Assembly: GCA_964588985.1 (NCBI GenBank)
Contig: CAZPQW010000014.1
Location: forward strand, 1 to 64,000
Reading direction: 5' to 3'
DNA: 64,000 bases
Source of the DNA: an uncultured Solirubrobacteraceae bacterium
GTDB taxonomy: Bacteria; Actinomycetota; Thermoleophilia; Solirubrobacterales; Solirubrobacteraceae
Shown: positions 18,942-29,884 of the stretch, piece by piece
Position numbering within the stretch: position 1 is the first letter of the stretch
Layout: every line of letters starts with the position of its first letter
Position numbers and translations under genes: made by a program
Notes under the pieces: model-generated
Database searches by the model: none
Told to the model about the DNA's origin: nothing
Seen by the model: the letters and a program-made list of their open reading frames with translations, nothing else

Positions 18942-20177
18942 ATGCTCCAGAAGGTAGATGTGGGCCACTGGTCGCTCGACGCCTACGAGGGCATCGCCCC
19001 CGAGTCGATCCTGCGGGAGCTGCGCGAGCACGCCGGCGCGCTCGCCGGCGCTCGCATCCTGCACGTCAACGCGACCGCCTACGGGGGAGGCGTATCGGAG
19101 CTGTTGCGCTCGAGCGTGCCGCTGCTGCGCGACCTCGGCCTGACGGTCGACTGGAAGGTGATCGCCGGCAGCGAGGGTTTCTTTCATGCCACCAAGGCGC
19201 TGCACAACGCGCTGCAGGGCTCGCCGACCTCGCTCACCGACGCCGAGCAGATCGCGTATCTCGACTGCGTCCGCGAGAACGCGGAGAGCCTCGACGGCGA
19301 CTACGACTTCATCGTCATACACGACCCGCAGCCCGCCGGCCTGTTGAGCATGGCCGGCAAGGGCGACGCTCACTGGGTTTGGCGCTGTCACATCGACACG
19401 AGCGAGCCGAACCCCGACGCGTGGGCGTTCCTCGCGCGCTACCTGGAGGGGTTCGACGCCGCCGTGTTCACGATGCCCGACTTCGTGCCGCCGGGCCTCG
19501 CGATCCCGCGCGTGGAGACGATCGCCCCCGCGATCGACCCGCTCAGCCCGAAGAACATCGAGCTCGACACGGCGACCGCGAACCAGATCCTCGACTGGAT
19601 CGGCATCGATCTCCCCGGAAGGCTCGTCACCCAGGTCTCGCGGTTCGACCCGTGGAAGGACCCGCTCGGCGTGATCGACGCCTACCGGCTCGTGCGCGGG
19701 GAGATCGGAGAGCTGCAGCTCGCGCTGATCGGCTCGATGGCGCTCGACGACCCCGAGGGCTGGGAGGTCTACGAGCAGGTCTCCCGCGCCGCCGAGAACG
19801 ATCCCCGGATCCATATCTACACCAACCTCACCGGCGTCAGCAACGTCGAGGTCAACGCCTTCCAGCGCCTCTCCGACGTGGTCGTGCAGAAGTCGATCCG
19901 CGAGGGCTTCGGCCTCGTCGTCTCCGAGGCTCTGTGGAAGGGCACCCCGGTGGTGGCGGGGCGCGCGGGGGGCATCCCCATGCAGATGCCCGTGGGAGTG
20001 GGAGGCATTCTCGTGGAGGGGGTCGAGCCGTGCGCCCACGCGATGCTCGAGCTGCTGCGCGACCCCGACCTCGCCGCTCACCTGGGAGAGCGCGGCCGCG
20101 AGCACGTGCGGGAGCACTTCCTGCTCCCGCGCCTGCTGATGGAGGAGCTGCGCCTGCTGCGCTCGCTGGCCGAGTGA
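18942..20177 (+). CDS. treT: GT4 glycosyltransferase, trehalose synthase TreT-like
   Basis: HVNATAYGGGVSELL, IHDPQP, WRCHID, QVSRFDPWKD, QKSIREGFGL.VSEALWKG. Confidence 0.85.
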   Translation: MLQKVDVGHWSLDAYEGIAPESILRELREHAGALAGARILHVNATAYGGGVSELLRSSVPLLRDLGLTVDWKVIAGSEGFFHATKALHNALQGSPTSLTDAEQIAYLDCVRENAESLDGDYDFIVIHDPQPAGLLSMAGKGDAHWVWRCHIDTSEPNPDAWAFLARYLEGFDAAVFTMPDFVPPGLAIPRVETIAPAIDPLSPKNIELDTATANQILDWIGIDLPGRLVTQVSRFDPWKDPLGVIDAYRLVRGEIGELQLALIGSMALDDPEGWEVYEQVSRAAENDPRIHIYTNLTGVSNVEVNAFQRLSDVVVQKSIREGFGLVVSEALWKGTPVVAGRAGGIPMQMPVGVGGILVEGVEPCAHAMLELLRDPDLAAHLGERGREHVREHFLLPRLLMEELRLLRSLAE

Positions 20178-20186
20178 AGCGTGTGC

Positions 20187-21044
20187 TCAGCGAGCGTGTG
20201 GCGCCAGCAGCAGCACCGAGCAGTGCGCCTCGTGAACGACGTGCCGGCTGACGCTCCCCAGAGCTCGCAGGCCCTCGAGCCGCCGGCTTCCCATCACGAT
20301 CAGCGACGCCGCCGTCGCTTTGGCCGCCTCGACGATCGCATCGTGTGCGCTCTCGACGACGATCTGCGTCTCGACCTCGCCGTCTAGCGCGAGCTCGAGC
20401 CTGTGCTCCTGTGTCTGGATGGCGTGAGGACTCGAGTACGACTCGACGCCCACCGCGTGCACGAGGACCACGCTCGCCCGTCGGCTGCGAGCCAGTCTGG
20501 ATGCCAGCTCGACCAGCTCGTCGGAGCCGTCGAGGCCATCGCTGGCGACGAGGATGCGCTGGGCGAAGTCGTGGCCCGCGCGCGTGGCCTGCGCCACGAG
20601 CAGCGGCGTGGTGAACGACCCGAGCACCGTCTCCGCGACCCCGCCGATGAGCATCCCGCCCAGCCGCGAGGTCACGGGGGCGCCGATCGCCAACAGGTCG
20701 TGATCGGCGGCGCGGTCGAGGATCACCTGTGCGGCCGGGCTCGCGGGGTCCACCACCTGCGTCGAGCTCACTCCCGCATCGCGCGCGATCTGAGCGGCGT
20801 GGTCGAGCAGGTGATCGGCGCGCGCTGGGCTGATCGCGGCGTTCCTGAAGGCTCCCGTGCCCTCGACGGCCGTCACCGCGAGCAGCGTCAGACGCCCATC
20901 CGGGCCGGCGAGGGCGGCTGCCTGCTCGACGGCCGCGGAGCTGGTCCGTGTGCCGTCGACCGCGCACAGGATGTCGGCGAACACCACGTCGTCCTTGACG
21001 GCGGCGGCGCTCTCAGAGAGGGGATCGAGGGGCGATTCGGGCAT
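20187..21044 (-). CDS. Universal stress protein (tandem domains)
   Basis: ILCAVDG, ILVASDG, LIVMGSR..LGSVSRHVVHEAHCSVL. Confidence 0.9.
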   Translation of the reverse strand: MPESPLDPLSESAAAVKDDVVFADILCAVDGTRTSSAAVEQAAALAGPDGRLTLLAVTAVEGTGAFRNAAISPARADHLLDHAAQIARDAGVSSTQVVDPASPAAQVILDRAADHDLLAIGAPVTSRLGGMLIGGVAETVLGSFTTPLLVAQATRAGHDFAQRILVASDGLDGSDELVELASRLARSRRASVVLVHAVGVESYSSPHAIQTQEHRLELALDGEVETQIVVESAHDAIVEAAKATAASLIVMGSRRLEGLRALGSVSRHVVHEAHCSVLLLAPHAR

Positions 21045-21050
21045 GCAAAC

Positions 21051-21144
21051 AGGCTAACCCTCGGGGTTGATCCCGATATCGGGAGTTAATCGCAGTCAAA
21101 TCGGTGAAACCCCGCAATCCTGAGAGCGACAGAGCGCGTACTCT
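21051..21144. promoter_or_regulatory. Symmetric divergent leaderless promoters sharing 16-bp boxes
   Basis: TAGCCT (-) and TACTCT (+), each 6 nt from an ATG. Boxes at 21061-21076, 21079-21094 and 21101-21116; the last two sit at -42.5 and -64.5 for both genes. Confidence 0.7.
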
Positions 21145-21150
21145 GTACCG

Positions 21151-21492
21151 ATGAGCGACATCGAGCCCGACGTGGCCTACCACCTGCTTCTCGATCAGGA
21201 GGAGACGCCGATCGCAGCGCTCGCGTTGCGCCTGCTCGTCTCCGACGAGGCGCACGAGCCGCAGCTGCGGAACCTCGCCAGAGACGTTCTCGCGCAGCTC
21301 GAAGCCGACCCCGCGGCTGACGGCGTGCTGACGGTGGGGCTGAGCGCGGAGGAGATGAAGATCGCCCACACCGCTCTCAAACTGCTGCTGAACGACTCCC
21401 AGCGCGACCAGCACACCGAGCGCGAGCTGCTGTGGCGGATCCTCAACAAGCTTCCCGACGAGCACGCGATCCGAGCGATCCAGCTCGACTAG
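21151..21492 (+). CDS. Hypothetical protein, internally duplicated helical module
   Basis: Leaderless ATG. Halves LDQEETPIAALALRLLVSD and LSAEEMKIAHTALKLLLND align. Confidence 0.75.
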   Translation: MSDIEPDVAYHLLLDQEETPIAALALRLLVSDEAHEPQLRNLARDVLAQLEADPAADGVLTVGLSAEEMKIAHTALKLLLNDSQRDQHTERELLWRILNKLPDEHAIRAIQLD

Positions 21493-21507
21493 CGCCACCT
21501 GGCTGGC

Positions 21508-23133
21508 TCAGCTCGCCTCGGCCTCCATCTCGATCGCGCCGCAGGGGCACTCCTGCACGCAGATCCCGCAGCCCTTGCAGTAGTCGAGGTCGATCTCGTA
21601 GCGCTCGCCCACGGGTAGCTTGATCACGGCGTTGTCGGGGCACACGCCGTAGCAGTTGTCGCATTCGAAGCAGTTGCCGCACGACAGGCAGCGACGCGCC
21701 TCGAACAGGGCGTTCGCCTCGTCGAGGCCGAGCTGCACCTCCTCGAACGTGGACTGACGGCGGATCGCCCCGAGTCGCGGCGCGACGGTCGCGGGGGCGT
21801 CTGAGTAGTACCAGGTGTTCAGCGTCTCGAAGCCGGCGAGCTCGTGCTTGGCGGGAGCGCGCAGCTCGGCTCCGGAGAGCCACGCGTCGATGTTGCGCGC
21901 GGCCTTCTTGCCGTGGCCGACCGCGACGGTGACGCTGCGCTCGGCGGGGACCATGTCGCCCCCGGCGAAGATCCCCTCGCGGCCGGTCATCATGCGCTCG
22001 TCGACCGTCACGACGCCGTCGTCGATCTCGATGCCGGCTACGTCCTTCAGCAGCGACAGGTCGGCTTCCTGGCCGACGGCGAGCACGAGCGAGTCGGCGT
22101 CGAGCTCCTCGAGCTCGCCGGTCGGCTGCGGGTTGCCGCTGGCGTCGAGCTCCATCCGCTCCAGCACGAGACTGCCCTCGCGAACCGTGCGGATCGTTGT
22201 GAGCCACCTCATCCTCACGCCCTCCTCGAGGGCTTCGCGCAGCTCGAGCTCGTGCGCGGGCATGTGCTCCTGGTTGCGACGGTAGACCACGATCGCGTCC
22301 TCGGCGCCGAGCCGCCGCGCGGTGCGTGCCGCGTCGAGCGCGGTGTCGCCGCCGCCGTATACCGCGACGGTGCGGCCCAGCAGCGGCCGCTCGCCGCTCT
22401 CCATGCCTCGCAGCAGCGTGATCGCGTCGAGCACGTGCGCGGCGTCGCCCGCGGGGATGTAGGCGCGCTTGCCGATGTGCGCGCCGACGGCGAGGAACGC
22501 CGCGTCGAAGGAGCCCTCGCGCATGCTCTGCTCGATGTCGGTGACCTTGCGCTCGCACTCGATCCTCACGCCGAGGTCGAGGATGCGCTGGATCTCCGCC
22601 TGGAGGACGTCGCGCGGGAGCCGGTAGGCGGGGATGCCGAAGCGCATCATCCCGCCGGGCATCGGGCCCGCGTCGTGGATCGTCACCTCGTGCCCGAGGC
22701 GGGTGAGGTGGTAGGCGGCCGACAGACCGGACGGACCGGAGCCGACGATCAGCACGCGCTTGCCGGAGGGCTTCGCGTCGAGCACCGGCATCCAGCCGTG
22801 CTCGATGGCCTCGTCGCCGAGGAAGCGCTCGACCGAGTTGATGCCGACCGCCTCGTCCAGCTGAGCGCGGTTGCAGACGCTCGTGCACGGGTGGTAGCAG
22901 GCGCGGCCCATCACAGCGGGGAAGGGGTTGTCCTTCATGATCTCGCGCCACGCGGCCTCGTAGTCGCCGCTCTCCGCGTGGTAGAGCCACCCCTGGATGT
23001 TCTCGCCGGCCGGGCAGCCCTGGTTGCACGGCGGCAGCCGGTCGACGTAGACGGGGCGCTCGTCGCGCCACGCGCCGGTCTTGTTGGCGAGGCTCGAGCC
23101 AACGTCGAGCGTGATCGCGAACGGCTTGTCCAT
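21508..23133 (-). CDS. GltD/NfnB/DsrL-like FAD/NAD(P) oxidoreductase with C-terminal 2x[4Fe-4S] (PorD-like) domain
   Basis: PCNQGCPAG, CYHPCTSVCNR, GSGPSGL, GGGDTALD, VYRR, CLSCGNCFECDNCYGVCP, CKGCGICVQECP. Confidence 0.88.
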   Translation of the reverse strand: MDKPFAITLDVGSSLANKTGAWRDERPVYVDRLPPCNQGCPAGENIQGWLYHAESGDYEAAWREIMKDNPFPAVMGRACYHPCTSVCNRAQLDEAVGINSVERFLGDEAIEHGWMPVLDAKPSGKRVLIVGSGPSGLSAAYHLTRLGHEVTIHDAGPMPGGMMRFGIPAYRLPRDVLQAEIQRILDLGVRIECERKVTDIEQSMREGSFDAAFLAVGAHIGKRAYIPAGDAAHVLDAITLLRGMESGERPLLGRTVAVYGGGDTALDAARTARRLGAEDAIVVYRRNQEHMPAHELELREALEEGVRMRWLTTIRTVREGSLVLERMELDASGNPQPTGELEELDADSLVLAVGQEADLSLLKDVAGIEIDDGVVTVDERMMTGREGIFAGGDMVPAERSVTVAVGHGKKAARNIDAWLSGAELRAPAKHELAGFETLNTWYYSDAPATVAPRLGAIRRQSTFEEVQLGLDEANALFEARRCLSCGNCFECDNCYGVCPDNAVIKLPVGERYEIDLDYCKGCGICVQECPCGAIEMEAEAS

Positions 23134-24143
23134 CACGCCGCCTCCACGCCGCTGTCGTCGAGTAGGCCGTAGCGGGCGATGTTGCGGTCGGCGATCGCCT
23201 GGATGTGGGCGATGACGTCTTCGCGGCGGTTGGGCTTGAACAGGTGCGAGTAGCGGCCCTGGCGCTCCAGGTACGCCTCGACGGGGCGCTGCGCGCGGAT
23301 CTTCGACACCCGTGTGACCTCGCCGTGCTCGGCCTCGAACACGGGGAACAGGCCGGTCTCCTTCGCCAGTCGCGCCACCTCGATCGTGTCGGCGGACTTG
23401 CAGCTCCAGCCGAGCGGGCAGGTGACGAGGATGTGCAGGTAGCGCGCGCCGTGCAGGCCCATCGCGTACTCGACCTTCGCCTCGATGTCGCGCAGATCGG
23501 CGACGGTCGCGGTGGCGACGTAGGGGATCTCGTGCGCCATTGCGATTCGCGCCATGTCCTTGCCTTGGCCGAACACGTTGCCGGGCTCCGAGCCGACCGC
23601 CTGCGTGGTCATCGTGCGCGCCGCCGGGGGAGTGGAGCCCGAGCGCTGCACGCCGGTGTTCATATACGCCTCGTTGTCGTAACAGATGAACAGCACGTCG
23701 TCGTTTCGCTCGAACATCCCCGACAGGCACGCCATGCCGATGTCCACGGTGCCGCCGTCGCCGCCCTGGCCGACGACGCGCACGTCGGTGCGCCCCTTCA
23801 CCTTGAGCGCGGCGGCGATCCCGGTCGCGACCGACGGCGCGTTGGCGAACAGCGAGTGAAGCCATGGCATCTGCCACGAGGACTCCGGGTAGGGGGTCGA
23901 GAAGACCTCCAGGCAGCCGGTCGCGTTGGCCGCGATCAGCCGGCCGTCGGTCGCGCGCATGGCGGCGTCGAGCGCGTAGCGGGCGCCGAGCGCCTCACCG
24001 CACCCCTGGCACGCGCGGTGGCCCTTGGTGATCGAGTTGCTGCGATTCGGGTCGGCCTGCAGCGAGCTCTCGGAGGGGTCGAGCAGCCGGTTGCCGGCCG
24101 CGTGCGAGCCCACTTGGTAGAACTTGATCGGGCGGCTGGCCAT
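23133..24143 (-). CDS. porB: Pyruvate/2-oxoacid:ferredoxin oxidoreductase beta subunit (TPP-binding)
   Basis: ACQGCG, ATGCLE, GGDGG, YDNEAYMNTG.QRS, CPLGW. Confidence 0.92.
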   Translation of the reverse strand: MASRPIKFYQVGSHAAGNRLLDPSESSLQADPNRSNSITKGHRACQGCGEALGARYALDAAMRATDGRLIAANATGCLEVFSTPYPESSWQMPWLHSLFANAPSVATGIAAALKVKGRTDVRVVGQGGDGGTVDIGMACLSGMFERNDDVLFICYDNEAYMNTGVQRSGSTPPAARTMTTQAVGSEPGNVFGQGKDMARIAMAHEIPYVATATVADLRDIEAKVEYAMGLHGARYLHILVTCPLGWSCKSADTIEVARLAKETGLFPVFEAEHGEVTRVSKIRAQRPVEAYLERQGRYSHLFKPNRREDVIAHIQAIADRNIARYGLLDDSGVEAA

Positions 24144-24148
24144 CGCGC

Positions 24149-25402
24149 TCACACCGGCCCGGCGGCGACCACGCCGATGTCGCGCAGCATGTTCTCCGCG
24201 TGCGGCCCCGAGCACCGCCGCTCGCGTGTGCGCGCCAGCTCGCGCTCCACCAGCTCGGAGTTGAGGTCGAGGAACGTAGTCGGCTCGAGGCGCTCGGCGG
24301 CGGCGTCCTCGAGCAGCCGCCGCAGCGAGGGCTTCGTGATCGGGCGCCCCCCGAGTCCGGCGATCACGGTGTGGACGTGCGAGGTGCTCCCGGCCAGCCC
24401 ACTGCGCACGTTCTGGGAGACGATCCCGCCGATCCCCAGCGCGAGCGCCTTCTCGATCACCACGACGCGCTTGGCGTGGCCGAGCGCGGCGCGCACGTCT
24501 TCGAGCGGGAAGGGACGGAACGCCTTGATCCCGACAGCCCCGACCTTCATGCCCCGATCGCGCAGCTCGTCGACTGTGTCCTCGATCGTGCCGAGCACCG
24601 ATCCGAGCGCAACCACGATCGTCTCGGCGTCCTCGGAGCGATACGTGCGCAACAAGCCCCCGCAGTCGCGCCCGAGGCACGCGGTGAGCTCGCTGGACAG
24701 CTCGCCGATCAGGTCGAGCGCCTGGATCATCTTCACGTGCGCGAGGTACTTCACCTCCGTGAACGCCTCTGGCCCGACCATCGCGCCGATCGTTACCGGC
24801 TCGGCCGGGTCGAGCACCTGGCGCGGCTCGTACGCGGGCAGGAACGCGTCCACCTGCTCCTGGCTGGGAAGGTCGACCTGCTCGTAGGCGTGGGTGAGGA
24901 TGAACCCGTCCATGCAGACCATCACCGGCAGCGACAGCTCCTCCGCGAGACGGAACGCGAGGACATGCATGTCCACGGCCTCCTGATTGGATTCGGCGTA
25001 CAGCTGGATCCAGCCGGAGTCGCGCTGGGACATCGAGTCCGAGTGGTCGTTCCAGATGTTGATCGGCGCTCCGATCGCACGGTTGGCGACGGTCATGACG
25101 ATCGGCAGTCCGAGTCCCGAGGCGTTGTAGAGCGCCTCGGCCATGTACAGCAGGCCCTGGCTGGCGGTGGCGGTGTAGGTGCGCGCGCCGGTCGCCGAGG
25201 CGCCGATCGCGACCGACATCGCCGCGTACTCCGACTCCACGTTGACGAACTCACAGGGAGAGAGCTCGCCGTCCTTGACCATCGCCGAGAGCGTCTCGAC
25301 GATGTGGGTCTGCGGGGAGATCGGGTAGGCGGGGATCACCTCCGGTCGGCACAGCGCGACGGCGCGTGCGACAGCACGTGAGCCCTCGAGCTGCTCAAGC
25401 AT
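24149..25402 (-). CDS. porA: Pyruvate/2-oxoacid:ferredoxin oxidoreductase alpha subunit
   Basis: AYPISPQT, VESE, TATASQGL, NRA, NIWNDHSD, FRPFP. Confidence 0.92.
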   Translation of the reverse strand: MLEQLEGSRAVARAVALCRPEVIPAYPISPQTHIVETLSAMVKDGELSPCEFVNVESEYAAMSVAIGASATGARTYTATASQGLLYMAEALYNASGLGLPIVMTVANRAIGAPINIWNDHSDSMSQRDSGWIQLYAESNQEAVDMHVLAFRLAEELSLPVMVCMDGFILTHAYEQVDLPSQEQVDAFLPAYEPRQVLDPAEPVTIGAMVGPEAFTEVKYLAHVKMIQALDLIGELSSELTACLGRDCGGLLRTYRSEDAETIVVALGSVLGTIEDTVDELRDRGMKVGAVGIKAFRPFPLEDVRAALGHAKRVVVIEKALALGIGGIVSQNVRSGLAGSTSHVHTVIAGLGGRPITKPSLRRLLEDAAAERLEPTTFLDLNSELVERELARTRERRCSGPHAENMLRDIGVVAAGPV

Positions 25403-25976
25403 GGCTCAGCGCCTCCAGCTCGCGCCCGACGAACGCAAAGCAGTCCTCCGCGGCGGCCGCGTTGCCATCGCCGAGCTTGCCGGGGAAGCGCGTGCGGATC
25501 GCCTGCACCACCGCCTCCAGCGAGACGGCGCCCGTGAGCGCCGCGACGCCGCCGAGCAGCGCCGCGTTCGGGCGTGCCTGCCCGACGTGCTCGCGCGCGA
25601 TACCGGACGCTGGGATGGTCAACAGGCGCTCGTGACGGAAGTCGCCCACCCAGTCGCCTAGTCCAAGCTCGTCGAGCGAGCGGATCGAGTTGATCAGCAC
25701 GTACCCGTCCGGGCGCAGGCCGCCGAACACGTCGACCTGGTGCAGCAGCGTGGCGTCCTGCACGATCAGCGCGTCCGGCTCGGCGACGGGCTCGCGGGTG
25801 CGGATCTCGCGCTCGTCGATGCGGCAGAAGGACACGACCGGCGCACCGGTGCGCTCCGAGCCGAAGCTCGGGAACGCCTGCGCGTGGCGGCCGTCGTCGA
25901 ACGCCGCGAGCGACAGCAGCTCGGCGGCCGTCACCACTCCCTGTCCGCCGCGCCCGTGGATTCGAATCTGGAACAT
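25395..25976 (-). CDS. porC: 2-oxoacid:ferredoxin oxidoreductase gamma subunit
   Basis: IRIHGRGGQGVVT, FPSFGSERTGAPV, PNAALLG. Confidence 0.92.
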   Translation of the reverse strand: MFQIRIHGRGGQGVVTAAELLSLAAFDDGRHAQAFPSFGSERTGAPVVSFCRIDEREIRTREPVAEPDALIVQDATLLHQVDVFGGLRPDGYVLINSIRSLDELGLGDWVGDFRHERLLTIPASGIAREHVGQARPNAALLGGVAALTGAVSLEAVVQAIRTRFPGKLGDGNAAAAEDCFAFVGRELEALSHA

Positions 25977-25985
25977 GCCGGGCAT

Positions 25986-26306
25986 CTACGCGGGGGAGCG
26001 CGTCACGAGGTGCGACTCGCGCAGGCTCAGCGAGAAGCCCTCGGCGGGTCCCGGCCCGACGTCGATCAGGAACGCGGGTTCGCGCCAGCGCGAGTACTGC
26101 TCGTCGTCGACGTAGAACGGGGCGCCGCCGATCGTGCCGAGCAGTCGGTCGCCGGGGCCGGGCGGCAGCTCCCCCTGCACGAGGCAGATGGGGGAGCTGC
26201 CGTCGCAGCAGCCGCCGGACTGGAACAGGGCGAGCGGGCCGTGCTCGGAGCTGAGGCGCTCGATCATCTCGATCGCCGCGGGGCTTGCGGTGACTCGCTC
26301 GGGCAC
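25986..26306 (-). CDS. DUF779 family protein
   Basis: HGPL..FQSGGCCDGSSP.C; typical neighbour of AldB. Confidence 0.85.
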   Translation of the reverse strand: MPERVTASPAAIEMIERLSSEHGPLALFQSGGCCDGSSPICLVQGELPPGPGDRLLGTIGGAPFYVDDEQYSRWREPAFLIDVGPGPAEGFSLSLRESHLVTRSPA

Positions 26307-26308
26307 GT

Positions 26309-27850
<1,542 letters not shown>

Positions 27851-27884
27851 CGTGGAAATTCCCTTCGCGATCGATTTTTTTTAT

Positions 27885-28904
27885 TTAGAACTCGAAGACG
27901 AGTCGCGCCGTGCCGGCCGATCCGTCCTCCACTTCGCGGAACGCCTCGTTGACCTGGTCCAGGCGACGCGTCTCGTAGAGCACCTGCGTGCGGCCCAGCT
28001 CGTGCAGCCGGAAGACCTCCTCGAGGTCGTGGTGCGTGCCGACGATCGAGCCCCTGATCGTGATGCCCTGCAACACCGTCTCGAAGATCGGGAGCTTCAC
28101 GATGTTCTCCGCGGGCAGGCCGACGAACACGAGCGTGCCGCCGCGCGCCATCGACGCGAACGCCTGCTCGAACGCGGCCGGCGAGACCGCCGTTGAGATC
28201 GCGACGTCGGCTCCGCCGAGCTTCTTGATCTCTTCGATCGGGTCCTGCGTGGCGGCGTTGACCGTGTAGGTCGCGCCGAGCTGCTTGGCGAAGTCGAGTT
28301 TGTCCTGGTGGATGTCCACCGCGACGACCGTGCAGCCGGCGATCTGCGCGTACTGGACCGCCAGGTGGCCGAGCCCTCCGACGCCGAACACAGCGGCCAG
28401 CATCGACGGCCGCGCGCCCGACACCTTCACCGCCTTGTACGTGGTGACGCCGGCGCACGTGAGTGGGGCGGCCACGAGCGAGTCGATCGCCGCGGGCACC
28501 TTGACGACGTGGCGCGCATACGCCGTGGCGTACTCGGCGTAGGCGCCGTCCATCGAGTAGCCGGTGTTCATCTGGCGTTCGCAGAGCGTCTCGCGTCCGT
28601 CGTTGCAGTAGCGGCATTCGCCGCACGCGTATCCGAGCCACGGCATCGCGACGCGATCGCCTTCGCTCAGGTCACCGTGCACGCCCGCGCCGATCGCCTC
28701 GATCCGGCCCACACCCTCATGGCCTGGGACCAGCGGCAGTGTCGGTTTCACCGGCCAGTCGCCGTGAGCCGCGTGGATGTCGGTGTGACACAGCCCCGAC
28801 GCCTCCACGCGCACGAGCACCTGTCCTTCGCTGGGTGTGGGAATCGGCCGCTCCTCGATCGTCAGAGGACCCTTGAAGTCGTGCACCACTGCGGCCTTGG
28901 GCAT
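27885..28904 (-). CDS. adhP: Zinc-dependent alcohol dehydrogenase (AdhP type)
   Basis: CHTDIH, GHEG, C..C..C.......C, CAGVT, GVGGLG, GSIVG; AAGGGAG RBS. Confidence 0.93.
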   Translation of the reverse strand: MPKAAVVHDFKGPLTIEERPIPTPSEGQVLVRVEASGLCHTDIHAAHGDWPVKPTLPLVPGHEGVGRIEAIGAGVHGDLSEGDRVAMPWLGYACGECRYCNDGRETLCERQMNTGYSMDGAYAEYATAYARHVVKVPAAIDSLVAAPLTCAGVTTYKAVKVSGARPSMLAAVFGVGGLGHLAVQYAQIAGCTVVAVDIHQDKLDFAKQLGATYTVNAATQDPIEEIKKLGGADVAISTAVSPAAFEQAFASMARGGTLVFVGLPAENIVKLPIFETVLQGITIRGSIVGTHHDLEEVFRLHELGRTQVLYETRRLDQVNEAFREVEDGSAGTARLVFEF

Positions 28905-28947
28905 CTCGCTCCGCTCCCTTTCGCGCTTACGAACGTTGACGCTTGCA

Positions 28948-29014
28948 ACGCTAAGGGCGGCGGTGGGGAGTCACATCAGGGCCTTCTCCGCACCTGGGTG
29001 CACCTTTCTACTTA
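28948..29014 (-). promoter_or_regulatory. Promoter of the adh-ald-por operon with paired boxes
   Basis: -10 TAGCGT at 28948-28953. Boxes 28977-28992 cagggccttctccgca and 28999-29014 (rc taagtagaaaggtgca), centred -43.5 and -65.5. Confidence 0.55.
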
Positions 29015-29074
29015 CCGCGGACCATCGCTGCGACGAAGCCTGTTCGCAATAGAGCGGCCTGCGATCATCTGCTC

Positions 29075-29884
29075 ATGCGCATTGTCGGAGCGGTCCTCGC
29101 GGCAGGCGCTCTGGCGGCCGTCCTCGTGCTGGGGGGCAACGGTCGTGCCGGCCAATCGCACGCTGGCTGCGCCATGCACACGCGGCCGTGCCGAGTGCTC
29201 TTCGTTGGCAACAGCTATACGTACGTCAACGATCTGCCGTCGATGTTCGAAGACCTTGCTTTCGCGGGGAACCATTCGGTGGAAGCTGAAGCAGTGGCTG
29301 AAGGTGGCGAGTCGCTCACCGACCACCTGGACTCTGGCGATGTGAAGGACGCTCTCCAGGCGGCAAAGTGGAACATCGTCGTTCTGCAAGAGCAGAGCGA
29401 GATCCCGGCAAGCGAACGTCCTAGGCAGACCGAGATGTATCCGGCGGCCCGGCAACTCCTCAGCACGATTCAGGCAGCAGGAGCACAACCGATGTTCTTC
29501 CTCACCTGGGCGCACCGGGATGGATGGCCGGAACACGGTCTGACCAGCTACGCGAGTATGCAGTCAGCTGTCGACGCGGGTTATCGTGGGATTGCTCGGA
29601 ACCTACACACAGCCGTCGCGCCGGTCGGCGACGCCTGGGCGGCGGTACTCGGCGAGGAACAGCGCGCAGGGCGGCGGGCAGGTCTGTGGGTGCATGACGG
29701 CAGCCATCCGACGGTTATGGGCACGTATTTGGCGGCGTGTGTGTTCTACGCGACCATCTTCCGGGAATCTCCAATCGGCCTCCCGTACGACGATGGAATC
29801 CCGGCGAAAGAGGTGGCCAGACTGCAAGCGGCCGCATCTCAGATAACCCTCGGCGGCTCTGCGAAGCAGGTGCGGTTTCGCTAA
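29075..29884 (+). CDS. Secreted SGNH-hydrolase-like protein (DUF4886-like)
   Basis: Signal-like N-terminus, RVLFVGNSYT, VVLQEQS, DGSHP. Confidence 0.75.
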   Translation: MRIVGAVLAAGALAAVLVLGGNGRAGQSHAGCAMHTRPCRVLFVGNSYTYVNDLPSMFEDLAFAGNHSVEAEAVAEGGESLTDHLDSGDVKDALQAAKWNIVVLQEQSEIPASERPRQTEMYPAARQLLSTIQAAGAQPMFFLTWAHRDGWPEHGLTSYASMQSAVDAGYRGIARNLHTAVAPVGDAWAAVLGEEQRAGRRAGLWVHDGSHPTVMGTYLAACVFYATIFRESPIGLPYDDGIPAKEVARLQAAASQITLGGSAKQVRFR

